The notes beneath the pieces were generated by a model. That model was not told the DNA's origin, ran no database searches, and saw nothing but the letters and a program-made list of their open reading frames with translations. From IMG/VR virus record IMGVR_UViG_3300047157_000243, positions 11,016 to 75,015 of that record: a DNA stretch of 64,000 nucleotides. One strand, 5' to 3'. The first letter of the stretch is position 1. Every line of letters begins with the position of its first letter. The stretch is from a virus. Of this stretch, positions 10,766 to 21,080 are shown piece by piece. Both the position numbers and the translations under genes were made by a program.

Positions 10766-11904
10766 TTTTTCTTTTTCTTGGCTTTCGATTTCTTTGCTTT
10801 AGCCCACAAATCGGCATCTGCTTTTCTAGCGCCTCCAGAGCCAGTAATAAAACTATTTACGCGACCCATAGCCCACTGATTTTGCGCAACCCCAGGCCTG
10901 TGACCAGTTCTCCACGCAGCCATACCTCTGTTATACACTTGCTTTAATATAGTAAAAGATATGCCAGAAGATTTGGCTTTACTCTTTAATCCTTTATCAT
11001 TATTTTTAGATTCTTTTATAACATCTTGACTGCTTGGCATTATAGATATTCCATATTTTTTATTAAGAATCTTTTCTAATGCAATAGGTATAGCCATTGA
11101 AACTGAGCCTAAAGCCATTACACCAATTATTTTACCTAAGTCTTTTGATTGTTCTTTTAAAAACTTTATTTCCTCTTTCGTAACATCTTTTTTCGCAAGT
11201 ATTTTTTTGCATATTTTAAATGCCTGAACAGTTTCCTTTTTCTCTCTTGAAGCAGCCTCTTTAAACTTATTAAAAGAATCAACCAGCTTATTTTTTTTAT
11301 CTTTTATTAATTTGTTAAATCCTTCGCCATACATTTTTTTATAAGCCAAAGTCGCGTCACTTTTTTTTGTATTTTCACCCTTATCAGCTTTCCATTGCTT
11401 AGTGTATGCAGAAGGGTCAGATGACTTTTTGTGAGCAAACTTATCTATCTCTTTTTTCATTTGAGACCTTTTGTTCTTAGACTTAGATGTAAGATATTTG
11501 CCAGCTACTTTTCTTCCTTTTTTTGTTCTAGAGTCTTTACCTCTATTTTCTAAAAATAGACTTAATGTTTCTGATATAATTTTTTGTAAATTGATTTCAA
11601 TATTAGATAAGTCCGTTTTATAAATTTTTACTTCCAAATCTCCACTACCTTTTATTAGTCTATGAAACTTTTCTGACTCTATAAATATCGGTCTTTCAGG
11701 AGTTAAATTTTGCGGAATTTCGTTATCTATTTGTATTTGCCAATCACTTTCGTGCAAAGGGAATATAATTCTATCTTCCTTATCTCTATGCCAAACCAAC
11801 TCGTTTTCATTTAATGAATTAGAAAAATTTCTAACAACAAACTTCCCATCTTTATTTTCATCAAACGGTAAGTTGTTTTTTTTACTTTTATTACTTTCTT
11901 CCAT
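10762..11904 (-). CDS. Multi-module basic protein, probably virion-internal
   Basis: N-term ELVWHRDKEDR cupin-like module; C-term LKQVYNRGMAAWRTGHRPG...WAMGRVNSF module recalled from large phages/viruses. Confidence 0.55.
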   Translation of the reverse strand: MEESNKSKKNNLPFDENKDGKFVVRNFSNSLNENELVWHRDKEDRIIFPLHESDWQIQIDNEIPQNLTPERPIFIESEKFHRLIKGSGDLEVKIYKTDLSNIEINLQKIISETLSLFLENRGKDSRTKKGRKVAGKYLTSKSKNKRSQMKKEIDKFAHKKSSDPSAYTKQWKADKGENTKKSDATLAYKKMYGEGFNKLIKDKKNKLVDSFNKFKEAASREKKETVQAFKICKKILAKKDVTKEEIKFLKEQSKDLGKIIGVMALGSVSMAIPIALEKILNKKYGISIMPSSQDVIKESKNNDKGLKSKAKSSGISFTILKQVYNRGMAAWRTGHRPGVAQNQWAMGRVNSFITGSGGARKADADLWAKAKKSKAKKKKK

Positions 11905-11906
11905 TT

Positions 11907-12527
11907 CTACCACCATTTACCTTCTCCACTTAAGCCTAGCATTTTTGCATATCTAGGTAGTCTACAAGACCAGTAGCCAGGCATAGTTTTATCGTTCTTT
12001 GTTTTACAATTGTGCCTATCAGCAAATCTTTTTCTCGCATCAGAGTCTTTTAATTTAACTGCTAATTTACCCCCTCCATCTTTGGCTCCAAATGAAACTT
12101 TAACAACCTTTCCAGTAGAAGGGTCTTTTACAAATACATAAAACTTTTTGCTACCCCCTCTTTTAGGTTTGTTTAATTTTACTTTTTTGCCTTTGTATTT
12201 AGCTTCATCTAATTTAGAAAAATTTTCTTCAAATGGCAAATCTAAAATAACAACTTGACCTCTATATTCACCTGTTAGACCAGCATCACTTTTAATAATA
12301 CCCTCATCACACTCACAAAGTACAATAGAGTCCCTATTGTATAATGACCTAACTTCTTTTATTAAGTTCATGTGTTTATCTGAAGCATATCTATATATTG
12401 AGTTGTGAACGCTTATATCATTATCTATATGATATTTTAACTCATAACTTATATCGGATTTAGACTCTTTAATAATCATAATTTCCTTAAGCTCAGTTTC
12501 TAATATTTCTGATATAAATTTTTTCAT
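11907..12527 (-). CDS. Conserved phage protein, probably virion-associated
   Basis: EAKYKGKKVKLNKP...KVSFG...FADRHNC...GYWSC module; late motif at 12551-12557. Confidence 0.55.
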   Translation of the reverse strand: MKKFISEILETELKEIMIIKESKSDISYELKYHIDNDISVHNSIYRYASDKHMNLIKEVRSLYNRDSIVLCECDEGIIKSDAGLTGEYRGQVVILDLPFEENFSKLDEAKYKGKKVKLNKPKRGGSKKFYVFVKDPSTGKVVKVSFGAKDGGGKLAVKLKDSDARKRFADRHNCKTKNDKTMPGYWSCRLPRYAKMLGLSGEGKWW

Positions 12528-12598
12528 TTACTTTATAAATAATCTATTAGATAAATAGTTGGAATTTTATAAAAATTTTGATATATTGCATGATTATA

Positions 12599-13450
12599 AT
12601 GTCATCTTCTAAAATTACAAAAATAAGTTATTCTGCATACTCTTTATATAAGAATTGTGGACATAGGTATTATCTGGAGAATATAATAGAAGCTCCTGAT
12701 TTCATACCTTCTATATACGCCTACTTTGGAGATGCTATGCACGATTCATTAAGGAAGGGTGTAGAGCACAGTCTGAATGAAGAAGAGAGAATAAATAATT
12801 TTATTTATGTATTCAAAAAGTTGGTGATGGATAATTTACAAAACCACTCAGAATTTGCAAAATTAAAAGAGTTTACAGAACAAGGAATAGAGATACTTAA
12901 GATAGTACCTACCGAAAGGCTGTCTGAAAAATATATTTTTATAGGTGCGGAAGAGTTGGTTGTAGAGTCTATGTATAAAAATTACTCTTTTATTGGATTT
13001 ATAGATTTAATTCTAAAAAATAAACTAACTGGTAAATACGTAATAATAGATTGGAAGACATCAACATTCCCTTGGGATGTCAAGCAAAAAAAGTCTGATA
13101 AAACATTTATTTCTCAAATGATGTTTTACAAGTATTTTTATGCCTTGAAAAAAAATATACCACTACAAGATGTAGATTGTAAATATGTTGTATTAAACAG
13201 ACTTAAGAAATCAGGTGATAAAGGTGGATATGGTGCAATTCAAAATGTAGAAATAGACACCGATGAGTCAGCTATGGAAGAGGCGTTAGAAGATTTGGCT
13301 AAAATAACTAGAGATATTTTTATTAAAAAAGTTTTTACTAAAGCAAAATTGGAAAAGAGGAAAGACTCTTGCAAATACTGCCCTTTTAATAAAAATTATA
13401 AATTGTGTAATGACGAAAAAAAACAAGAGCTAGATTTAGTTACCGCCTAG
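12599..13450 (+). CDS. PD-(D/E)XK RecB/Cas4-like exonuclease
   Basis: SYS..C, GDAMH, GFIDL, IIDWKT, Q..FY, C-terminal CKYC...C. Confidence 0.8.
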   Translation: MSSSKITKISYSAYSLYKNCGHRYYLENIIEAPDFIPSIYAYFGDAMHDSLRKGVEHSLNEEERINNFIYVFKKLVMDNLQNHSEFAKLKEFTEQGIEILKIVPTERLSEKYIFIGAEELVVESMYKNYSFIGFIDLILKNKLTGKYVIIDWKTSTFPWDVKQKKSDKTFISQMMFYKYFYALKKNIPLQDVDCKYVVLNRLKKSGDKGGYGAIQNVEIDTDESAMEEALEDLAKITRDIFIKKVFTKAKLEKRKDSCKYCPFNKNYKLCNDEKKQELDLVTA

Positions 13451-13972
13451 CTTTTGAAAGTTTTTCCAATTATAAGCTCTTTTCAATTTTTGGTATTTTT
13501 TATCTATACCTTTCACCCCTTCTTTATCTAAGTCGCCCTCATCTGCGGTTTCGTCTTTTTTTTCTGAATACCCCTTTTGTACCTTTAGGTCATAATCACT
13601 TTGAAACCAAAAATCTTCATCATCTGGATTGTAACTTCTCTTAAAATCTTTAGGTACAAATATTTGATTAAAAATATCCATGTATATATCAGATGCTGGA
13701 GTTGTGTCATTTGGCCCTGGTCCAACATTTTCATTAATAGAATTTTTATATTTTTTATCCCAAGCAACTTCTAAGCTTCCGTATTTTTTAACCATCCACT
13801 CTTTAAGGTCTTCTATTCTAAATTGGCCTTGTTCAGAATCAAATCCACAGACATGACATAAATTAGGGTCTGCATCTTTCTTTTCCTTTTCCCAACTATG
13901 ATAGCAATTGTCACAAACAAGCAACCCAGACAGTTTTTTTAATCTATTTTTATATGATTCACTTAATAGCAT
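13436..13972 (-). CDS. Zn-ribbon protein with N-terminal SESYKNRLKKLSGL tag
   Basis: CDNC...CHVC; shared tag. Confidence 0.55.
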   Translation of the reverse strand: MLLSESYKNRLKKLSGLLVCDNCYHSWEKEKKDADPNLCHVCGFDSEQGQFRIEDLKEWMVKKYGSLEVAWDKKYKNSINENVGPGPNDTTPASDIYMDIFNQIFVPKDFKRSYNPDDEDFWFQSDYDLKVQKGYSEKKDETADEGDLDKEGVKGIDKKYQKLKRAYNWKNFQKLGGN

Positions 13973-13974
13973 TT

Positions 13975-14352
13975 TTATAATTCTGAAATTTTAATACTAT
14001 CTCCGCTTATCTCTACTTTAAAAGTAGAAGGACAAACGTTTTCTAAATATCTCTTATAAGTTTCTAAAGAATTATTTTTATAATTTAATTCTTGGTCTAC
14101 TTCTATTTGTTTTATTTTAAAACTTTCTTTGTCTTTTGGCTTCTTCCAATTTATTACATTTTTAGTATTTGAATTTTTAAGAAAATCTAATTCATCAGTA
14201 AAATGCCAAACCACCTCCCCAGAAGCCCTTTTGTAAAACACATCTCCTCCAATGTCTCTGACTTGGTATTCGTATTGAATCACATTTGTTGCCTCCGACA
14301 AAATGCCAGACAGTTGCATCATTCTTCCTTTATAAGATTCAGATAAATTCAC
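13975..14352 (-). CDS. Hypothetical protein with N-terminal SESYKGRMMQLSGI tag (likely GTG start at 14352)
   Basis: Tag homologous to neighbours; late motif at 14375-14381. Confidence 0.55.
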   Translation of the reverse strand: MNLSESYKGRMMQLSGILSEATNVIQYEYQVRDIGGDVFYKRASGEVVWHFTDELDFLKNSNTKNVINWKKPKDKESFKIKQIEVDQELNYKNNSLETYKRYLENVCPSTFKVEISGDSIKISEL

Positions 14353-14427
14353 ACTATTTAAACTAAAGTTTATTATAAATATCAATAAACTTTACTTTTA
14401 TCATTCTTAAGTTAAATTGTTTTTATA

Positions 14428-14718
14428 ATGCACACAAGAAGTCAGATAATTAATAACCAAAAACACTTTTCATATGAGATAAAAAAGTGGTTAAAAAATG
14501 ACTTTTCTAACTCAAGAAAAGAGTTGAAAAAAATAGACACATACGACCAAGACATTATAGAGGCAAAAAAAGAATTAGAAATAAAGTTTCAAAATATAAA
14601 ACTAGAAAAAGAAATAAAAAATTTTTTTATAAACGAAACAAATATATACCCTAAATTTTACGCTTGGTGGGACGAGCATAGTGAAAAAGTAGAAATATTT
14701 TTATATGAAAGCAAATAG
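14428..14718 (+). CDS. Hypothetical protein
   Basis: 96 aa ORF after a TAAATTGT box. Confidence 0.5.
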   Translation: MHTRSQIINNQKHFSYEIKKWLKNDFSNSRKELKKIDTYDQDIIEAKKELEIKFQNIKLEKEIKNFFINETNIYPKFYAWWDEHSEKVEIFLYESK

Positions 14719-15043
14719 AAAAAATACCAACAATGTTTTAATAGATTTAGCATACAAAGGTTCAATAAATGAATTTGAAGAGTTTTATGGATTTTCAGTA
14801 ACATATCAAGAGCTTGAACAGCAAAGTTATATTGAGTTCAAAGAAATTATGTTTGAAACAGTAAATTCTAAAATAAAATTTAGAAAATACGGAAGAATAG
14901 GTAAAGTGTTGACTGTTAGAGCTGAGATGTATGATGAAGAAATTGAATTATTTGAAAATTTAATACAAAATAATAAGATTAAGACTATTTATGATTGGAT
15001 AGTAAAAGATGTTACAATTATAAAAGAAGAAGAATATGAGTAA
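14705..15043 (+). CDS. Hypothetical protein
   Basis: 112 aa ORF overlapping both neighbours. Confidence 0.5.
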   Translation: MKANRKNTNNVLIDLAYKGSINEFEEFYGFSVTYQELEQQSYIEFKEIMFETVNSKIKFRKYGRIGKVLTVRAEMYDEEIELFENLIQNNKIKTIYDWIVKDVTIIKEEEYE

Positions 15044-15749
15044 TAAAGGAAATACAAAAAAAGAAATGCAACAAAGATTTGCAGATATGGGCATACCAAC
15101 ACCAGTTAAGCCTATAACAAACCCAAAATCAGCACCAAAAAATTCTGAGTTAGCTTCTAAGATGGACCAAATAAGAAATGGCTCACTAGCAGGAAATTTT
15201 AAGCAATTTATATCTAAGTCAGAAAAGACATCAAGCATGCCAACAAATATACCAGTTCCTAAAGTTGGTAAGAATCCGAATGAAAAAACTAAAGACGCAC
15301 CAGCACTTAGTAGCTTTACCCCAAAATCAAGCTCAGAAGCGTCTATGTTAGAAAATATGATGTATGGAACAGGACCTACAACTTCTAGTGCGCCTAGCAC
15401 ATCCGCAGATGTGTCAGATTTTGGGCCACAAAATGTAGATATTAGAAGTAGGCTTCAACAAAGGTTGGCACAAAAGCAAGATGAAGTCAATGACGATTCT
15501 CATTTCGCTCAACCAACTCAAGTACATGGAATTTTAGAAAATCAATTAACTGATGCTGAGCTTACTGATAAAATCACAGAAGTAGCAAAAAAAGTTTCAA
15601 AAGATATGATTAAAAATGTTATTATGGAACTTTCTAAATCTAAGGGAGGATTGATAGTGGAAAGTAAAAGCGTAAAGAAAGCAGAAATTGTAGCAAGAAA
15701 CAAAGTAAAAATAGACGGAAAAGTTTATAAATTAACTTTAGATAAATAA
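15036..15749 (+). CDS. Hypothetical low-complexity protein
   Basis: 237 aa, P/S/K-rich; overlaps both neighbours. Confidence 0.55.
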   Translation: MSNKGNTKKEMQQRFADMGIPTPVKPITNPKSAPKNSELASKMDQIRNGSLAGNFKQFISKSEKTSSMPTNIPVPKVGKNPNEKTKDAPALSSFTPKSSSEASMLENMMYGTGPTTSSAPSTSADVSDFGPQNVDIRSRLQQRLAQKQDEVNDDSHFAQPTQVHGILENQLTDAELTDKITEVAKKVSKDMIKNVIMELSKSKGGLIVESKSVKKAEIVARNKVKIDGKVYKLTLDK

Positions 15750-16174
15750 TGTCAAAATCTAACTACAAAATAAAAACTGAATTGATAAAAGACAAGCCTT
15801 TTGTAACGGTTGAAATGTCATATAAGGATAGCTTTTCTAATGATAAATATATTTTATTTGGCAGCTTAAATGAAAGTAGGGTTAATTTCACGTTTGTAAA
15901 AAATAAAGAACAAAAGATAAATGAAGCATCTTTCTATGCTACAAATGATTTAGGCTCTAATACATTTATTGAAGAACTTTCGAAAGGAGTTAATAACTAT
16001 GATTTTATTGAAGATTTTAAGAAAAATAATTTAGAAGATTTTACAAAAGAATTATCTGAATTTATTGTAAAATGTGATTCGTCAATGATTTCTGATGGAA
16101 AAATATTTGAAGGATACAAAGATAAATTAAGAGGTATGGCTGGTATAAGTGGAATAAATAAAAATTTAAGATAA
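15749..16174 (+). CDS. Hypothetical protein with C-terminal FEGYKDKLRGMAGI tag
   Basis: 141 aa; TAATG coupling at both ends. Confidence 0.55.
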   Translation: MSKSNYKIKTELIKDKPFVTVEMSYKDSFSNDKYILFGSLNESRVNFTFVKNKEQKINEASFYATNDLGSNTFIEELSKGVNNYDFIEDFKKNNLEDFTKELSEFIVKCDSSMISDGKIFEGYKDKLRGMAGISGINKNLR

Positions 16175-17145
16175 TGCTAATAAAAAAGGGAAGCAAAGGA
16201 AATGAGGTAAAAGAAATACAAAAAGCCTTAGGGTTAAATGCTGATGGAATATTTGGTGCTTACACTGAAGCTGCTGTAAAAAAATATCAAAAACTTCAAG
16301 GTTTGAAGGATGATGGAATTGTTGGTCCAAAAACTTATGAAAAACTAATAGGAGAAAATTTAGATGCAGACACTGACAGATTTGGATATGATGAGGCAAA
16401 CGACAAAGATGATAAATTAGAATACCTAGGCTCTTACACAACGGAGGATGGTTTAGATATTGATAAAGCTTATTTAGATTCTGACGAATATGTTAGAACT
16501 TATGGAAAAATAGAGCCAGAAAACTTTTTTATACATCATACCGCAGGATGGAACAATCCGTACAATACCATTAACTCTTGGAATAGAGACAAAAGAGGTA
16601 GGGTTGCTACTCAATATTGTATTGGAGGAATTAGTATAAAAAAGGGAAAATATGGAGATGAAAAATATGACGGTGAAGTTGTAGAATGTTTCCCAGACGA
16701 TTATATAGGTTGGCACTTAGGTAAGGTTGGGAACTTTAACATGTCAAAATACTCATCTGCTGTTGAGGTAAATAATTTTGGCTATGTAGTAAAAAAAGGA
16801 GACAAATATTATAACTATGTAAATGTAGAAGTTCCAGAAAGTATGGTTTGTGATTTGGGTTATAAATTTAGAGGACATCAATATTGGCACGCATATACGC
16901 CAAAACAAATTGAATCTTTAAGACTGTTAATTAAACATGTTGCTAGAATTTATCCAAAAATAGATGTAACAGCTGGAATACCTCAACTCTTAAAAGATGG
17001 AGTTGACCCCAAGGATGCATTTGAATTTAACAAAGATGCTTACTACGGAAAGGTAAAGGGATTATGGAGCCACACGTCAGTCCGTAAAGACAAATTTGAT
17101 ATGTTTCCCCAAAAGGAATTAGTTGACATGCTTAAAAGCCTTTAG
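16174..17145 (+). CDS. N-acetylmuramoyl-L-alanine amidase with peptidoglycan-binding domain (endolysin)
   Basis: PG_binding_1 (KGSKG.EVKEIQ..L...ADGIFG..T; DGIVGPKT) plus Amidase_2 motifs IHHTAG, AVE, WSH...KFD. Confidence 0.85.
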   Translation: MLIKKGSKGNEVKEIQKALGLNADGIFGAYTEAAVKKYQKLQGLKDDGIVGPKTYEKLIGENLDADTDRFGYDEANDKDDKLEYLGSYTTEDGLDIDKAYLDSDEYVRTYGKIEPENFFIHHTAGWNNPYNTINSWNRDKRGRVATQYCIGGISIKKGKYGDEKYDGEVVECFPDDYIGWHLGKVGNFNMSKYSSAVEVNNFGYVVKKGDKYYNYVNVEVPESMVCDLGYKFRGHQYWHAYTPKQIESLRLLIKHVARIYPKIDVTAGIPQLLKDGVDPKDAFEFNKDAYYGKVKGLWSHTSVRKDKFDMFPQKELVDMLKSL

Positions 17146-17179
17146 TCAATACTTAATTTTTGGTTCATATTTATTATAT

Positions 17180-17389
17180 ATGAAAGACTTTTATGTAATA
17201 TCAGAATCTAACAATAAACCTCTTACTAAAACGGAAATCAAGAAGATTGTTAAAGCCGAAATAGAAAGAGCTTTAAATAAGGCTAAAATTTTAGACAAAG
17301 AAGATGTTAGAAAGGTTGTAAAAGATATGATGATAAAACAATACAAGTTTTTCTGGGAGAAAAAAAGTTTTTGGGTAAACAATATTTAA
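17180..17389 (+). CDS. Small protein with helical EIKKIVKAEIE / DVRKVVKDMM motifs
   Basis: ATG 17180 right after TATTTAT (17168-17174). Confidence 0.55.
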   Translation: MKDFYVISESNNKPLTKTEIKKIVKAEIERALNKAKILDKEDVRKVVKDMMIKQYKFFWEKKSFWVNNI

Positions 17390-17390
17390 A

Positions 17391-17585
17391 ATGAACAAAA
17401 AACAATTAAAGAATTTAATAGACACAGAAGTGTCAAAAGTTTTTTCTGATATGACATCAAAAGAACCAGAAAAAGAAATGAGAGAAACTAAAAAAGTTAA
17501 ATCTTCACCAAAAAAAACAAGTCTAACAGAAGAAGAGTTAGATGATATATTGTTTTACGGAGGAAAAAAGAAAAAAGAAAATTAA
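17391..17585 (+). CDS. Small hypothetical protein
   Basis: 64 aa, begins MNKKQLKNLIDTEV. Confidence 0.5.
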   Translation: MNKKQLKNLIDTEVSKVFSDMTSKEPEKEMRETKKVKSSPKKTSLTEEELDDILFYGGKKKKEN

Positions 17586-17586
17586 A

Positions 17587-18105
17587 ATGGCAGCAGAAAT
17601 TACAAAAGCAGAAATACAAGACTTGCAAAAACAATTTACTCAAAAAATTGGAGACTATGCAGTTAAGTTTAATGAACCATCTATTTACAAAGGATACAGT
17701 GGACAAGATGCAAATTGGTCTGGAACTGTCCTTTTAGAAAAGGACTACATGATATCTTGGGAATTTTCACTAATTAATGGCCTTAAAATATTGGATGCAA
17801 ACTTTAATGTTAACGATAAAAATAAAAACATAATGCAAGACCTACAGGACATATATGAAATTTTTTACGACAAGTTAAATCAAGTCGTTAGAGATGTGGA
17901 ATATCAGCCAGAAACTAAAGAAACAGGCGATGAAGTAATGTTAGGTACAGACGCTGATGAAACAGAGCAGTTAGGCGGACCTGCAGAGACTTCACCAGAA
18001 GGTGAAAGCATGCCAATAAACGAATCTAGAATGGTAAAAAATAGAAGAAAGACCATAAATTCCAACTATGAAAGAATGAAAAGGTTGGCTGGATATAATA
18101 AATAA
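17587..18105 (+). CDS. Acidic protein with C-terminal YERMKRLAGY tag
   Basis: Likely start MAAEIT at 17587; tag shared with other late proteins. Confidence 0.55.
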   Translation: MAAEITKAEIQDLQKQFTQKIGDYAVKFNEPSIYKGYSGQDANWSGTVLLEKDYMISWEFSLINGLKILDANFNVNDKNKNIMQDLQDIYEIFYDKLNQVVRDVEYQPETKETGDEVMLGTDADETEQLGGPAETSPEGESMPINESRMVKNRRKTINSNYERMKRLAGYNK

Positions 18106-18119
18106 AAAAAACAAAAAAC

Positions 18120-18413
18120 ATGAAAACAATTATTAAAATTTTAAAATCTTGGTGGATTGACGCAGCTACAACTGGATTGTTGGGTGTAGTGCTTTTAATA
18201 TATGGATACAAGCTATATGCTGGTATTGCACTGGGTTGGTCTATAAAAACTTTACTAAAATCATTAAAATCTATGGTTATTGCAGAAGAAGTTAAACCTG
18301 CAATACCTACTAAAAAGCCTGTAGCCAAGAAACCTGTAACTAAGAAACCTGCAACTAAGAAACCTGCAACTAAGAAACCTGCAACTAAAAAGTCTTCTAC
18401 TAAGAAAAAGTAG
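18120..18413 (+). CDS. Membrane protein with Lys-rich KKPAT tail
   Basis: Hydrophobic N-terminal half, then KKP(A/V)(T/A) x5. Confidence 0.6.
   Translation: MKTIIKILKSWWIDAATTGLLGVVLLIYGYKLYAGIALGWSIKTLLKSLKSMVIAEEVKPAIPTKKPVAKKPVTKKPATKKPATKKPATKKSSTKKK
18312..18390 (+). repeat. 15-bp tandem repeat (AAGAAACCTGCAACT-like) encoding KKPAT
   Basis: About five imperfect units visible. Confidence 0.8.
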
Positions 18414-18439
18414 ATTTTTTAACTTACTGAAAACTATTA

Positions 18440-18470
18440 ACCCATCAACATTATGTTGATGGGTATTTTA
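18440..18470 (+). terminator. Intrinsic terminator
   Basis: Perfect 11-bp stem ACCCATCAACA/TGTTGATGGGT plus T-rich tail. Confidence 0.7.
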
Positions 18471-18490
18471 TTTAATCAAAATTTATAAAA

Positions 18491-18763
18491 ATGGAAAACA
18501 AAAAAAACCCCACATACCTCAAGTGGTTATTTACAGAACATAAAACAGGTAAATTAAAAGTGCTTTTAACTATAGTTGGTATAATTCAATCAATTTATAT
18601 TACACCCCTTCTTATAGAGGAATATAATTATGGCATGCCATTATATCCTGCTATAATGGGATTTGTAGCTTCTTATGGATTCACAATAGGCATCACTCTA
18701 CAGCCATATTCAATATATAAAAGATTGGTTGAATTAGATTGGTGGAATAAGTTTGGAAATTAG
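18491..18763 (+). CDS. Small two-TM membrane protein
   Basis: Two hydrophobic segments in 90 aa. Confidence 0.55.
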   Translation: MENKKNPTYLKWLFTEHKTGKLKVLLTIVGIIQSIYITPLLIEEYNYGMPLYPAIMGFVASYGFTIGITLQPYSIYKRLVELDWWNKFGN

Positions 18764-19107
18764 TTTTTAATAATCTTCCAACTCTCTAATGGATTGGTTT
18801 CATATTTTAAAGGCGTTTCTCTATATATTAAAAATTTGAAACTCTTTCCAGATACAAGACTATCATTACCTTGAATTTTTACATAATCACCATCTTTAAG
18901 CTTTTCACTTTCTGCAGCATCCACTATTTTAAATAAATCATCTAACTGTCTTTCCATTTTGACTGTAACACCTTCAAAGTTTAATATAACTGTTTCACCA
19001 GGCTTACTATCAAATATGCTTTCTGAAGCTTTAACATCTTCTTGAGCTGCCATTTCTTCGTAAGACTCTTTTATTAACTGTCTGATAATTTCTTTTGTAA
19101 TTTTCAT
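18760..19107 (-). CDS. Hypothetical protein with MKITKEIIRQLIKES tag
   Basis: Late motif 19136-19142; shared N-terminal helix. Confidence 0.55.
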   Translation of the reverse strand: MKITKEIIRQLIKESYEEMAAQEDVKASESIFDSKPGETVILNFEGVTVKMERQLDDLFKIVDAAESEKLKDGDYVKIQGNDSLVSGKSFKFLIYRETPLKYETNPLESWKIIKN

Positions 19108-19179
19108 TTTTTTATTTTTGTAAAAATTGTTATCTATAAATATAGGAATTTTTCTTTTTTTCTTGTAAATTGCGATATT

Positions 19180-21075
19180 ATGAGTACAAATCCAATAGTT
19201 ATAACAAAACTTAAATCAAACTATAAGGTAGAATATAATTATAGAAAGAATTTAAGTGATTTCATCAAAGGATTCCCAGAAGACCAAAGGAGGATTAATG
19301 TTGATTACATACAAAATCCTGATGGTACTGGTTATGAAAGTTGGTACAGAGTTGTTTCTTCGGGATATATAGGCAAAGTTATTTCTTTTATAAAAGATAA
19401 TGGAATGCCTTTTAAGTTTACAAACTTAACTCCCGAAGAGGTTGAATCATTAAGAAGAGAATTTGTCAAAAGACAAGAGTCTTTACTAAAAGCACTGTCT
19501 ATAAAGACTGAAAATATAAACACTTCTAAAGTTGATTTTTCATTCATGAATATAGAGCCTTATGATTATCAAAAACAGGCTGCTATATTTTTTGATGCTT
19601 GTAATGGAAGGTCTTTGTTGGGCGACCAGCCAGGAGTTGGAAAGACTGCTGCTGCAATGACATATGCTTGCTGGAAGAATAAGAAAACCTTAATTGTATG
19701 TCCTGCAAACCTAAGGTTAAATTGGCGTAATGAAATACTTAAGTTTACAAAAGAGAAAGCTTTTGTATACAAATGGAAGCCAACCAAGAAATCCAAGAAA
19801 ATTAACCACCCTAAGGATGATTCTATGTTTCATATTATGAGCTACAGTTCTCTGGATACATACATAACTATAGAAATGTCTCACACATGTAAAAACGTAT
19901 TTTGTGGTTGGAAAGGTAGAAATAGTAAAAAAAGATATAAAGACAAAGTTTGTCCTAATTGCGGAGTAAGAGGTATGGTTAATTCTAGGGCGACAAAAAA
20001 CATAACATTCACACCAGACAAGATGGGAGAAGTGTTAAATGCGGAAGATTATGAAATATTGATAATGGATGAGGCTCATTATATTAAAAACAACTCAGCA
20101 GACAGAACTAAACTGGCAAAGAAGACGTTAAAAGATATACCTCAAAAATTGCTATTAACAGGTACTGCGATAAAAAGTAGACCTTATGAATTTTTCTCTT
20201 TATTAAACTTCCTATACCCAGAAGAGTGGAGTAATGCTCACTCTTTTGGGGTGAAATACTGTGCTGCAGAAAAAAACAATTTTGGATGGGACTATAGTGG
20301 AGCTTCTAATTTAGATGAGTTATTTGAAAAAATATCACCATTCTTTCTTAGGAGGTTGAAAAAAGATATATTAAAACACTTACCTCCAAAAACTTATACA
20401 GCTATACCTGTAGAGCTTACCCCTATAGAAACGAGAGAGTATAATAAGATTAAAAAAGGCATAAAAGAAGAGAGTTCTCAAGATGACCAAGAGGCTGACA
20501 ATAGAATGAATCACTTAACTAGAATTCAAAAGTTAAAACAATTCACCTCAGAAATAAAAATGAAAAGAGCATTTGAGTTTATTCAAGATATTATTGATGG
20601 AGACGAGAAGGTCGTAGTTTTTAGTCAATACAAAGGAGTTTCTTACGAAGTAGCTAATAAATTCGGAGATAAAGCAGTTGTATTTAATGGAGACATTAAT
20701 GCAAACAAAAAAGAAGAGGCTGTAGAGGCTTTTATGACGGATGACAATGTCAAGGTGTTCTCTGGTACAATAGGTGCAGCAGGAGTCGGTATAACGCTTA
20801 CATCGGCAAGTATTTCAATATTCATTGACCAACCATGGACTAGTGCAGATAGAGAACAGGCAGAAGATAGAATACACAGAGCGTCTTCCACGTCAGATAA
20901 AATACAAATTATAAGACTTATATGTCAAGATACAATTGATGAAGATATAGAAAAGCTTTTAAATCAAAAGTCCTCAATATTATCTAAAGTTTTAGATGGG
21001 AAAGAATTTGAGCAGACAGTTGAGGTTAAAGATGGTAATATATTCGGAGATTTAGTAAAATTATTATACAACTAA
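19180..21075 (+). CDS. SNF2-family (HARP/SMARCAL1-like) helicase with Zn-ribbon insertion
   Basis: GDQPGVGKT, DEAH, LTGT, RRLKKD, GVGITL, QAEDRIHR; inserted CKNVFC...CPNC. Confidence 0.9.
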   Translation: MSTNPIVITKLKSNYKVEYNYRKNLSDFIKGFPEDQRRINVDYIQNPDGTGYESWYRVVSSGYIGKVISFIKDNGMPFKFTNLTPEEVESLRREFVKRQESLLKALSIKTENINTSKVDFSFMNIEPYDYQKQAAIFFDACNGRSLLGDQPGVGKTAAAMTYACWKNKKTLIVCPANLRLNWRNEILKFTKEKAFVYKWKPTKKSKKINHPKDDSMFHIMSYSSLDTYITIEMSHTCKNVFCGWKGRNSKKRYKDKVCPNCGVRGMVNSRATKNITFTPDKMGEVLNAEDYEILIMDEAHYIKNNSADRTKLAKKTLKDIPQKLLLTGTAIKSRPYEFFSLLNFLYPEEWSNAHSFGVKYCAAEKNNFGWDYSGASNLDELFEKISPFFLRRLKKDILKHLPPKTYTAIPVELTPIETREYNKIKKGIKEESSQDDQEADNRMNHLTRIQKLKQFTSEIKMKRAFEFIQDIIDGDEKVVVFSQYKGVSYEVANKFGDKAVVFNGDINANKKEEAVEAFMTDDNVKVFSGTIGAAGVGITLTSASISIFIDQPWTSADREQAEDRIHRASSTSDKIQIIRLICQDTIDEDIEKLLNQKSSILSKVLDGKEFEQTVEVKDGNIFGDLVKLLYN

Positions 21076-21080
21076 AAAAC

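Noticed and set aside
12599-13450. Cas4 or CRISPR system
   Set aside because: No repeat-spacer array or other cas genes; solo PD-(D/E)XK nucleases are common in phages
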